Origin: an uncultured Candidatus Saccharibacteria bacterium
GTDB lineage: Bacteria > Patescibacteriota > Minisyncoccia > Phycocordibacterales > UBA9973
DNA: 64,000 nucleotides
Reading direction: 5' to 3'
Assembly (NCBI GenBank): GCA_964502615.1
Contig: CAZCXF010000003.1
Span: forward strand, 8,962-72,961
The translations under genes and the position numbers were made by a program. Below are positions 9,248-18,530 of this stretch, one piece after another; position 1 is the stretch's first letter, and each line of letters begins with the position of its first letter. The notes under the pieces were generated by a model. That model did no database searches. It saw only the letters and a list, made by a program, of their open reading frames with translations, and was not told where the DNA came from.

Positions 9248-10282
9248 CTATATTGCTTCGTGATAAGGATCGTGGGGTTTTTCTGCGGCAACTACTGGTT
9301 GAGAGTTGTTTGGTGGAACTATTTCAGGAGTACTATGATTTATCTTAGGGATAGTTTGGTTGCTAACAACAGGTTTGCTTACAGTAGGAGCACTTAATTT
9401 ACTACCAATAATACTTTTCATAACATCTTCTTTTTCAGGCTCGTTACTAACCATCTCAATACCAGCGCTTTTATAGATACCCGATTCAGTTTTTGGTGTT
9501 TCTTCAATTGGTTTTGGTATTGTGGAAGCAAAAGTTTTTGGAGTCTCAGGTTTTGCCACTACTGCATAGGGTGGAATTGGCACCTCATCTTCTCCTTCTT
9601 GTGCCACCCCCTTACTTTTTTCCCAATTATTTCTTAAAATCTCACGAATATTTTTTAAAATATCTTCATTTACATTATTTACTATCTCACTAACTACAGT
9701 AGGGCTTACTCCTAGCTTACTGTTTAATTCTTCTTCATATTTATCTGGGTGAATTGTATTAAGAATTACTTTATTAGTGGCTTCCTCAAGTGTCTGCATT
9801 TGATCTATCGATAGATTTTTCTCAGTAGCTATATTTACCAGTTTTAATTGATATCCTGATTCAACAATAGCATCTTTAACTTCTTTTGGTAAGGTATTAA
9901 ATTTTTCATCGAGTTTTCTAGTATCACCATATTTCTCTTCAACAAGAGATTTTGTGTTGTCCTCATAAGCTTTATTTAAACTATCGGATATCGGTTCTAT
10001 TATGGATTCGTTTATTTCGGCTGTGATCCTCTCTAGTAAATCATCTGATACACCCAACTCATCGAATAAAATATCTATATAATTTTCCTTACTTATAACA
10101 CCCAAAAGTAGTAAAGTTGTCTCTGTCCCTAAGGTTTCTTTTTGACTAGTACTTAGATCGTGTGCCTGACTAATCTCTTGCAATGTATCCATCCATTTCA
10201 TATTAGAAAAGAATTCTTGTACATCTGGTGGAAGTTTTGTGTATGCTTCAGCTATTTTTTGTTGTAATTGTGTTTGATCCAT
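9248..10282 (-). CDS. acidic soluble protein of unknown function (T4SS operon member)
   Basis: 344 aa, no TM, Glu/Asp-rich; position between VirB6-like and PrgI-like genes. Confidence 0.3.
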   Translation of the reverse strand: MDQTQLQQKIAEAYTKLPPDVQEFFSNMKWMDTLQEISQAHDLSTSQKETLGTETTLLLLGVISKENYIDILFDELGVSDDLLERITAEINESIIEPISDSLNKAYEDNTKSLVEEKYGDTRKLDEKFNTLPKEVKDAIVESGYQLKLVNIATEKNLSIDQMQTLEEATNKVILNTIHPDKYEEELNSKLGVSPTVVSEIVNNVNEDILKNIREILRNNWEKSKGVAQEGEDEVPIPPYAVVAKPETPKTFASTIPKPIEETPKTESGIYKSAGIEMVSNEPEKEDVMKSIIGSKLSAPTVSKPVVSNQTIPKINHSTPEIVPPNNSQPVVAAEKPHDPYHEAI

Positions 10283-10292
10283 AAATTATACT

Positions 10293-12992
10293 TTAATGAT
10301 GCCCTCCTTTATCCCCATGCCCTTTATCTTCTTTATGATCGTCTCCCCCACCATGTGCATCTTTAACTTTTACTTTAGTGTGTACTTCTATATGTTTAAG
10401 AGTATCACCTAAGGTTGCCTTCAAGTCCTTTAAGAAGTCCTTTTGTGAAGTGCCATGATCCATTCCTCCAGAAAGTTTCTTGAGTCCCATTCTCATTAGA
10501 CCAGAAGTGTGAGCAGCAAGCCCAGCTCCTATTAAAGCACTAGCTCCTCCTGTAAATGCTGCTGCAGCTAAACCAAGAGCGGTAATAGCATTATGATCCA
10601 TATCTCTTAAGTCCATGGTTCCCTTAGTTGCCATATTCAATACGTCATTTCTTAAGTTGTAACTAGGAACTTTGTTATAGGTTTTCTCTAAATGCTCTGC
10701 ATCGTGGAACTTACTAGGATCCTTACCAAGGTTTGTGGCATATGTATTTAATATATTTGTATTTACTTTACCACTATTGTCATCCACTGATCTATTTACC
10801 ATTGCATTTTCTCCCGCACTTAGTTTACTTACATCTTTTCCGTTAAACAGGAATTTTGCCACTTCAGCTTTGTTAGCGCTCTTTCTAGCCTTTTCCTGAT
10901 CACCTTGGTCAAGTTCTGAATATTTTTTACCCTTTTGTATTTTATCTGCATGTTCATCAAGTACATGTTCTGCGTGAGCTTTGTCGCTTTTCTCACTTTT
11001 CTCCTTCTTATTCTTATCTATTCTTTGTTTCAACCAAGTATTACCGACTACATTCTTTCTTTGTACTTCATTTTTACCAGTTTTAGGGTTCGTTCTTATT
11101 ACAGGTTTACCAGTAGTAGGATCGCGTTCTACTACTTTTTTAACACCTAAACCTACATTTGCCATTTTTGCGCTTATAGCCTTGCCGTAAGTCTTTGGGT
11201 TATACCACTGCTTTTTGAATTTATCTATTGCAGCGTCTCTTGTAGTCTGACTAGATTGAGCCATCTTAAGTGGATTTGAAATAAAACCTCTTCCAAGAGC
11301 TGCAATTCCACCAGAAGCTAAAGCTGCTCCACCAACAAGCGCACCCCCTCCGATAACGGCAGCTTTTGTTACCATAGAACCAATATCACCAGCAAATTGT
11401 GTGGCTAGTTTTTTTGCCTTCATCATTAATATCATTATGAAAGCAAAAGGGACAATTATCCCGAGCACAAAGTCTGTGCCACTAGTACCGTTTAATTTTG
11501 GCAAAAAATCTCCACCTACGAATTTTAAAATCAGATACATGAAAAACATGAAAATAGGGGCCAAGAACGACAATTTTAAAGTATTATCCCACCATTTTGA
11601 CCAACCTATTGCCTCAATATTTTTCATTGCTGGAACCATGTAAGAAAAGAAAGCTATTGGTACTAATATCATTGCTATCCAAAGGCCTATAACTCTACCA
11701 ATCATAAGTAATCCGACAGATAAAAAAACAATCATTCCAACGATATTAACAATAGATGCAAGAAGTGTTACCAAAATAAAAGTACCAACACTGACACCTT
11801 TTGATAAGTCATCTTCAAGTCGGGAACTAGCATTTCTGTTCGGGTCGGTAGATCCAACCCTAGCTGCTTTTATTATTAATTTTTGTGGGTCTACAGCTTT
11901 CACTACTGCAATAGATAGTTGTTTTTCACCACTTTTTCCAAGAGCCTCAGTTTTATTTTCTGGATTTGCTTTATCTGAAGTTGTAACCGTTGTTGCGCTA
12001 TAGAAAACTCTAGCTAGTATATTCGAAGCATCAATAATAACTCTTGTGGCAAATAAACTAAAGTTCATTAAAATACCTATGATTACAACATTCATAATCA
12101 TCTCTTTGGTTTTGAATCCATGTATATTTAGTATTGTGGAGAAAGCAATCCAAAGAAGTACAAAAATAAAGAAAATATTTACAAAATCACGAACTATACC
12201 CCACCCACCAGTAACAAAAGTGTTGGTATAGGCTTTATCTCCTACTGAGTAAAAAAAAGAGAAGTCAAAAAACTTTCCAGTCAATTCAAATAAAAATGAA
12301 GTTGGTTTAAATAAGATTGTATACAATATCTGAGCAAAACATCCACCAATATTTACTCTAAAAACAGCTTTTGTACACCAAGGTAGATATCCAGCATCTG
12401 AGTTTATGGTTGCAAGTTCTTCAGTCTCGCTGTCTTCAACCTCTCCTGCTTTAGTTGTACTGATTTCAACATCGTATCTTGGATAAGCTAAACTTTCACC
12501 AGAAGTGTCACCTGCATAACCAAAGTAACTTACATAGTAAGTTTTTTCTGGAGTTAGATTATTTATTGTTTTTTCTACAACCCCATTTTTCTTAAAATCT
12601 ATCCAGTTACTACTACAACCATCTCTACCACCATCAATTTTAGATCCTTCTGGAATTGAGAAAAAACTCTCATTTATAGAACATCCAGAATCATGAGCCA
12701 TGTAAAAATCTAGTAATGCTAAATTTTCTTTTGATATAGTAGTACCTGGTTTATCTGTAACTATCACTACTAAACCTTCATGGTCTGTGTTTGATAATTG
12801 TGTTATGTCAAAAGCGAAACTTATGGATGTACTAGTTCTTTTCTTTTTTAATATTGTTATAGAAAGGTCAGCGCTAGCTACAGATTTTTTTAGAATAGGA
12901 ACTCCATCTTTTATGCTAACCGTAAAAGGCGCGAAAAGATTCACGAGAATAAGGGTTATTAGGATTGAAGGTATAATTTTTCTCATTCGCAA
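10293..12992 (-). CDS. VirB6/TrbL-like polytopic T4SS channel protein with N-terminal extracellular domain and Lys-rich / His-rich C-terminal tail
   Basis: Signal peptide, ~230 aa extracellular region, multiple TM helices (aa ~260-560), long hydrophilic C-terminus ending HGGGDDHKEDKGHGDKGGHH; position upstream of prgI-like/virB4 as prgH in Gram-positive T4SS. Confidence 0.5.
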   Translation of the reverse strand: MRMRKIIPSILITLILVNLFAPFTVSIKDGVPILKKSVASADLSITILKKKRTSTSISFAFDITQLSNTDHEGLVVIVTDKPGTTISKENLALLDFYMAHDSGCSINESFFSIPEGSKIDGGRDGCSSNWIDFKKNGVVEKTINNLTPEKTYYVSYFGYAGDTSGESLAYPRYDVEISTTKAGEVEDSETEELATINSDAGYLPWCTKAVFRVNIGGCFAQILYTILFKPTSFLFELTGKFFDFSFFYSVGDKAYTNTFVTGGWGIVRDFVNIFFIFVLLWIAFSTILNIHGFKTKEMIMNVVIIGILMNFSLFATRVIIDASNILARVFYSATTVTTSDKANPENKTEALGKSGEKQLSIAVVKAVDPQKLIIKAARVGSTDPNRNASSRLEDDLSKGVSVGTFILVTLLASIVNIVGMIVFLSVGLLMIGRVIGLWIAMILVPIAFFSYMVPAMKNIEAIGWSKWWDNTLKLSFLAPIFMFFMYLILKFVGGDFLPKLNGTSGTDFVLGIIVPFAFIMILMMKAKKLATQFAGDIGSMVTKAAVIGGGALVGGAALASGGIAALGRGFISNPLKMAQSSQTTRDAAIDKFKKQWYNPKTYGKAISAKMANVGLGVKKVVERDPTTGKPVIRTNPKTGKNEVQRKNVVGNTWLKQRIDKNKKEKSEKSDKAHAEHVLDEHADKIQKGKKYSELDQGDQEKARKSANKAEVAKFLFNGKDVSKLSAGENAMVNRSVDDNSGKVNTNILNTYATNLGKDPSKFHDAEHLEKTYNKVPSYNLRNDVLNMATKGTMDLRDMDHNAITALGLAAAAFTGGASALIGAGLAAHTSGLMRMGLKKLSGGMDHGTSQKDFLKDLKATLGDTLKHIEVHTKVKVKDAHGGGDDHKEDKGHGDKGGHH

Positions 12993-13035
12993 TATGATAT
13001 TAATTATATCATATCTATAGATTTAGCTTGAGTAT

Positions 13036-13815
13036 TTACCAGATATTTAGTTGATATTCTAAGTCTTGGTATTGTGATGGAGCGTAAAAATCTGGTTTTA
13101 TATTAAAGTCTCCATAGTAAGGGTTGTTTTTAGTAGCCTTAGGACCTGTATATTTTACATCCCTCTTTTGGTCTTTACATTGAAGAGTCAAAGTATCTGC
13201 GTGATCAATTAGATCTTGGTTCCTTTTAATATCAGCATTGATCATCGCTACTTCATCGGCAGTTTTTAACTCAGGGGCTATTAGATAATACTGACGAAGT
13301 AAGTCAGCTAACTCATCTTTTTCAGCATCGGTGTATTCTAGTTCCTCATCTATTGGACAAACTTTTGGACTCTCATCTTTTTTTGGTTCTGGTGTTGGAG
13401 TCGGTTTTGGTCCACCACCTGTTCTTACTATTGGCTCATTCCCTACACTTATACCTTCTCCTGGTGTTGGAATAGGATTAAAAGGTGCTGTTATTCCACT
13501 TTTTTTGTTTACAGTTCCTCCTACATCGCCCCCTGGAACCTGGTTTATATCACTACCACCATTATTCTGTGTATTGTTTTTTGTGTTAGTGTTTTGGTCG
13601 GTATTTTCTGTTTCAGTATTAGTTTTATCTACAGTATCAACAGTCTTTTGTTTTGGTGTACCAAGTAATGGGGAGAATAGTTTTGTAATAGATTGATTTT
13701 TGGTCCCAAAAAGTTTATCACTATTTTTAAATAGTAGATATGCAACCACAACAAGCACAATAATTGAAATTATTGTTATTATGAGAGCTTTACTTTTTTT
13801 AGGATTGTTTTCCAT
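13036..13815 (-). CDS. bitopic membrane protein with Thr/Asn/Pro-rich linker, unknown function
   Basis: N-terminal TM, low-complexity linker, conserved-looking C-terminal domain. Confidence 0.3.
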   Translation of the reverse strand: MENNPKKSKALIITIISIIVLVVVAYLLFKNSDKLFGTKNQSITKLFSPLLGTPKQKTVDTVDKTNTETENTDQNTNTKNNTQNNGGSDINQVPGGDVGGTVNKKSGITAPFNPIPTPGEGISVGNEPIVRTGGGPKPTPTPEPKKDESPKVCPIDEELEYTDAEKDELADLLRQYYLIAPELKTADEVAMINADIKRNQDLIDHADTLTLQCKDQKRDVKYTGPKATKNNPYYGDFNIKPDFYAPSQYQDLEYQLNIW

Positions 13816-13819
13816 ATAT

Positions 13820-16678
13820 CTATTGTGCGACTTTTATTAATGTACCCTCTGGTTCAAGTGGGGCGTAATCTTTGATTATCTGTTGTTTGTTCTTAATGAT
13901 CGGTAAAGGTCTATCATCTGAAGCAATAATTTTTCCGTTATAGTCAGTAAAGGTTACTTTTTCTTTTAATAAACAAGTTGGACTTATTTTTGTTCCACCT
14001 TCCTTTGCTATTTTATCTGCTCTTCTCTTTTGAGCAGCAGCGATTATTTCGTTTACTCTTTTTTGTATTGCCTTTAGCTTATCTAAGTTTGGAGTTGCTT
14101 CTGCTAGCAAATCTCTTGAATCATTTTTTGCAGCTTCAACCTCTTCTATATAATCTGGAATATTTTTGGTAAGTTGAAGCCCTTCTTGTGCTGCTGGAAG
14201 GTATTTTGTATTTCCCTTCCAATAGTTTTGCATTGGACTAGCAAGTCCATAAGTTGCATCTATGTATTCCTCAAATCCATCTAAAGTTGCAAGAAGTTTT
14301 GCAGGGTCTAATCCTGTATTTTCTGGAGCGATCATTTTTAATATTGAATCACGATCTGTTCCGATTGTATTTGCTATAAAGATTGGATCGAGAGGCCTTT
14401 TACCAGCAAGCATATCGTCTCTAATCTTCTCATTCTTTATTCTAATTCTTTCATTGTCTGCTTCTATTGCAGCTCTCTGTTCTTCGTAATTTCTGTAATC
14501 TTTTGCTTCTTTAAATTTCTTTCTTATCTGATTCATTCCTGCAAGCGGGTTTACTATGAAACTGAGTCTCTTTAATAGTGAAACCTTCTTTTTTACAGGC
14601 TTGTCTGGCAACGGTTGAGGATATTCGTAGGTACCATCTGGAGCGTATTCTATTGTATTACCTACATTTCCAACATCATTTACACTATTTAGGGTAGAAA
14701 GATATTCGTCAATTGCTTCTTTAGAATTTTCTCTCCAGTTAGGATTTGGACCAGGTATACAATAATCAAGTTCACCAAGTGCTGGTAATACATCTGCAAT
14801 AACACCTTTGTATATTCCCATCGCATCTATATAGTCGTATTGATTTTGTATTACCCCCTTCTTGATTAATACCCCATCTTGATCATATATGTTTCCAAGA
14901 TCTTTTGTTATATCAAATCCATCGTCTTTTATGTATGTATGAGGAGTTTTAATTGGACCGCCACCTCCTGTTGTCGCACCTCCTCCATTTGAAGTTGGAT
15001 TACCTCCAGAACCTACTGTAACTCCTGTAGTTGTTGAAACTGGAGTACTACCTGTACCAAAAATAGTGTCGTCAACATTTACATATCCATCTTCATCGAA
15101 AGTTATTGATTGAGTAGTTGTTCCGCCAGATGCAACAGTTGTTATGTTTTTAGCTGGGTCAAGTCCTGCTAATCCTTGGTTTTCAAATTTAGCTAGAAGC
15201 ATTGTAAACAAAGCATTTAATGCATCGTTCATTGTTTTTACTAGTTCAAGTTGTCTCTCAGGAGTGTTTAGGTAAGTGTTTGCTTTTGCAGCTATAGCAC
15301 TTCCTGGGGTTACTGTTTCCCACTCTTTACACTTTTTTTCTGCAGGTGCCTTACCACCATTGGTACTGCATGAAGAGATAAGACCAGAATATTCTGATTC
15401 TACATTAGTCTTACAAGAGTTTATTGCTGCAGGAGTCTTGTTGTCAGTTTCACATGTTTGAAGTGAGTCAGTCTTTTGAGATTCATAATTTGATTTACAA
15501 CTATTAATTTCTGCAGGAGTTGGACCAGCTGGAGTTTCATAAACTTTACACTTTTGCTGAGGTCTGTATCCTTGTCCTTGAACTAATTCAGCCTTAGCAT
15601 TTTCAACCTTATCTTGTTGTTTTGAAGAAATATTTTCAGTACTTAGTGCTATAAAACCAAGTGGATTGTTTTTATCATCTTGAGTTAGTCTTGACCAGCC
15701 ACTCCATCCACCCTTTGTGAAATCATTAGAGAAATCTTCTATTGTTGCTCCAGGTTCTAAGTAATTTGTTAAATCTTGTTTCATAGAAGAAGTAAAATCT
15801 TTTGCAAGTTGTTGCGTAGAGATTGCTCCTCGAGCAAAATCTCTACCATACGGGTAATCAGCACCATTCATCGGATCTTTAAATAATCTTGTTTCTTGAT
15901 CTAAAATGCTATTTTCTATGTCACTATAATATTTACTAAGATTATTAACATAAAAAGAATTACCACTAAATCCAGTATTTATCCAGTTCATAGTATATTT
16001 TGTCATTGCAGAAAGCTGATTTTTTGCAAGTTGTATGGCTATACCATTTAAACAGTTCTCTCGATATTCTTTTTTTGCTTCTTTTGTATCTGTATCCTTT
16101 TTGTCCTCATGCTGTTTTTCTGAAGCATCATCAAGTTTTTTCTCAACGCCAGGGACTTCTGCATGCTCTTCTGTTAGGTTTCGATTTGCTATGTTTTCAA
16201 TTCCTTTACCAGCACCGGTTCCTAATTGGGTTCCTGTTCCTACTACTGTTGTAGTAGTGGCACCAAGCGCAGTTTGAATCACTCCAGTTATTACAGTAGT
16301 AACTATATTTTTAGTGTTTTTTGCTAGTTGTTTTTTTGCCCAATCTTGCAATTTCTTTTTTGCCTTATCTACCAATTTATTTGCAACCTTGTTTACAGCT
16401 CCAACAATTTTGTCTGAAACTTTGTTTACTATTCCAGTACAGCCTACAACTTGAGAAAGAAGCCTTGGATTTATAAAATCTTTAACTTTGGGTTTGAAAG
16501 GGTTATCACCATTATTTGGATTGTCGTAGTTAAGTGGAGCAGATGCTTGACCTGATGGAGTTGATTGAGGCGAGCCTGTTGCTATACCTGCGTATACTTG
16601 TAAAGGCAAAATAGTTTCCACTAAGAATAAGGCTATGACTAGAGTAGAAATGATTTTTCTTGTAGTTCCTTTATTCAT
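13820..16678 (-). CDS. large secreted protein with Cys-rich short repeats and Gly/Thr-rich region (candidate surface adhesin)
   Basis: Signal peptide; repeated P(A/T)EINSCK(S/T)N...SC units; 952 aa; no catalytic motifs recognised. Confidence 0.35.
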   Translation of the reverse strand: MNKGTTRKIISTLVIALFLVETILPLQVYAGIATGSPQSTPSGQASAPLNYDNPNNGDNPFKPKVKDFINPRLLSQVVGCTGIVNKVSDKIVGAVNKVANKLVDKAKKKLQDWAKKQLAKNTKNIVTTVITGVIQTALGATTTTVVGTGTQLGTGAGKGIENIANRNLTEEHAEVPGVEKKLDDASEKQHEDKKDTDTKEAKKEYRENCLNGIAIQLAKNQLSAMTKYTMNWINTGFSGNSFYVNNLSKYYSDIENSILDQETRLFKDPMNGADYPYGRDFARGAISTQQLAKDFTSSMKQDLTNYLEPGATIEDFSNDFTKGGWSGWSRLTQDDKNNPLGFIALSTENISSKQQDKVENAKAELVQGQGYRPQQKCKVYETPAGPTPAEINSCKSNYESQKTDSLQTCETDNKTPAAINSCKTNVESEYSGLISSCSTNGGKAPAEKKCKEWETVTPGSAIAAKANTYLNTPERQLELVKTMNDALNALFTMLLAKFENQGLAGLDPAKNITTVASGGTTTQSITFDEDGYVNVDDTIFGTGSTPVSTTTGVTVGSGGNPTSNGGGATTGGGGPIKTPHTYIKDDGFDITKDLGNIYDQDGVLIKKGVIQNQYDYIDAMGIYKGVIADVLPALGELDYCIPGPNPNWRENSKEAIDEYLSTLNSVNDVGNVGNTIEYAPDGTYEYPQPLPDKPVKKKVSLLKRLSFIVNPLAGMNQIRKKFKEAKDYRNYEEQRAAIEADNERIRIKNEKIRDDMLAGKRPLDPIFIANTIGTDRDSILKMIAPENTGLDPAKLLATLDGFEEYIDATYGLASPMQNYWKGNTKYLPAAQEGLQLTKNIPDYIEEVEAAKNDSRDLLAEATPNLDKLKAIQKRVNEIIAAAQKRRADKIAKEGGTKISPTCLLKEKVTFTDYNGKIIASDDRPLPIIKNKQQIIKDYAPLEPEGTLIKVAQ

Positions 16679-16711
16679 AATAGATTAATCACTATTTAGT
16701 ATAACACATTA

Positions 16712-17578
16712 TTAATTACCAGAAATGCCATCAATATCAGTCTCGAGTGCATCACTGTATTTTTTATAATTTATAAAAGATTTTATCCCAGACAGTGGGT
16801 CGCCTAGTAGATTTGTCATACCAACTATACTTTGTCCAACCTTTTCATAATTGTTTGCAAGGCTTATATGAGGGTTAACCAATGTATTCGGTACTGGTAT
16901 TTTTATAAACTCTGCTCCAAAATCTCTATAAGCCTTAGAAATTGAGTTTATTTGCTTGATAGCATTTGGGTCTTTGTTTACTAAGCCTTGGTTTATAAAA
17001 ATAAGCTCATCTCCAATGTTTTTATCTCCATATTTTATAACAAGATTTATAAAAGCTTCATAATAGTTGCTTATTGAATCAGGGTTAGATTCTACAACCT
17101 TAACCATATTTCTAGTATAAATATCATCAATAGGTGTAGCTTCAACCTTTTTACCAATAGCCTCAGATACTGCCTGGATGGAGTTTTGATCTAGTGTTCC
17201 ACTCTGCTGTAGAGACATAATAATAGAGAAAAAGTCACGAGAAAGTGCATCGTTTTCTGATATTGGTGTATCTCCGCCAGCTAAATCTGGCCTATCTTTG
17301 GCTATGGTTGCCCTCTTTGCCAAGATAAACTCCTTATTTTCTGGGCCATTTTTTGTTGGATCAAGCCCCCAAAGCTTTTCTTCCCAGTCTGGAATAGTGT
17401 TATTATTTGCATCTTGCTCAGTCAAACTTTTAACCACAAGCTTACTTTTAGGGAGAATTTTTGATTTGCCGCCAAAGTACCTAGCAATTTCATATATTCC
17501 TAAAACAATAGCAAGTATTATAGCAATAGCTATTACCCTATGTATGAATTGTTTACTCGGTAAATAATCTTGATTCAT
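16712..17578 (-). CDS. membrane-anchored protein, unknown function (first gene of T4SS-like operon)
   Basis: N-terminal TM helix; 288 aa. Confidence 0.3.
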   Translation of the reverse strand: MNQDYLPSKQFIHRVIAIAIILAIVLGIYEIARYFGGKSKILPKSKLVVKSLTEQDANNNTIPDWEEKLWGLDPTKNGPENKEFILAKRATIAKDRPDLAGGDTPISENDALSRDFFSIIMSLQQSGTLDQNSIQAVSEAIGKKVEATPIDDIYTRNMVKVVESNPDSISNYYEAFINLVIKYGDKNIGDELIFINQGLVNKDPNAIKQINSISKAYRDFGAEFIKIPVPNTLVNPHISLANNYEKVGQSIVGMTNLLGDPLSGIKSFINYKKYSDALETDIDGISGN

Positions 17579-17604
17579 TGTATGGGAATATTATACAACT
17601 GAAA

Positions 17605-18420
17605 TTACAAATTTCCTATACTAGTGTCAACAGATTTCGTTAATTTAAGCCAAATATCTAAAGGCAAGTCCTCGGCTCTTGATTTTGGGTCAATTTTTAA
17701 ATTTAAAAACGACTTTTCTATTGCATCTTTTGGTATTATCAGCTCCAAATTCTTTTTTAGAACCTTACGCTTATGCCCAAAACCAGTTTTAATAAGATTA
17801 AAGAAGTTACTTTCTGTTTTTTTATCTTTAAAATTTAATTTTGAGATATTGCTTATAGCTATGATTGCTGAATCAACCTTGGGAGCTGGACTAAAAAATC
17901 TCTTATTTACTTTCATAATATATTTAGGTGTACCATATGCTTTAACAGATAGAGATAAGATACTCTCCTTTTTATCATTTGCAACTATTCGCATAGCAAC
18001 TTCTTTTTGCACTAGTATCACCATCTTGCTTGGTTGTATTTCTTCAGATAAGAATTTTTTAAATATTGCTCCAGTTATATTGTAAGGAATGTTTGCGATT
18101 ATTTTGTATTCATTATTTATTAAGTTATATTTTTTAGCGTCAAATTCTAAAATATCACCTTGAACCAAGACAAGATTACCAGTATCTATTTGTGTTCGAA
18201 ATTTTTCTTCGAGAATCAATATCAAATCCCTATCTTTCTCAACAGCAATAACCTTGCCAGATTTTTCCAGCAATTTTTCAGTCAACGCTCCTTTACCTGG
18301 ACCAATTTCTAAAACAGTATCTTTTTTAGACACTTCTCCAGTTTCACACATTGTTCGAAGTGCGGATTCCGATTTTAAAAAGTTCTGCCCGAAAGATTTT
18401 TTTGCTACATGTATCATCAA
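17605..18420 (-). CDS. rsmA: 16S rRNA (adenine1518/1519-N6)-dimethyltransferase RsmA/KsgA
   Basis: FGQNFL motif and SAM-binding LEIGPGKGALT. Confidence 0.85.
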   Translation of the reverse strand: MMIHVAKKSFGQNFLKSESALRTMCETGEVSKKDTVLEIGPGKGALTEKLLEKSGKVIAVEKDRDLILILEEKFRTQIDTGNLVLVQGDILEFDAKKYNLINNEYKIIANIPYNITGAIFKKFLSEEIQPSKMVILVQKEVAMRIVANDKKESILSLSVKAYGTPKYIMKVNKRFFSPAPKVDSAIIAISNISKLNFKDKKTESNFFNLIKTGFGHKRKVLKKNLELIIPKDAIEKSFLNLKIDPKSRAEDLPLDIWLKLTKSVDTSIGNL

Positions 18421-18530
18421 TTAATACTAACACGCTTTTAAAATAAAAAACAAAACTGATTTTATGAGTAGGTGTGGGCGCGCGCCGAGCGAAGCGAGGT
18501 AGGGATAAGCGAATAAAATTAGTTTTGTTT

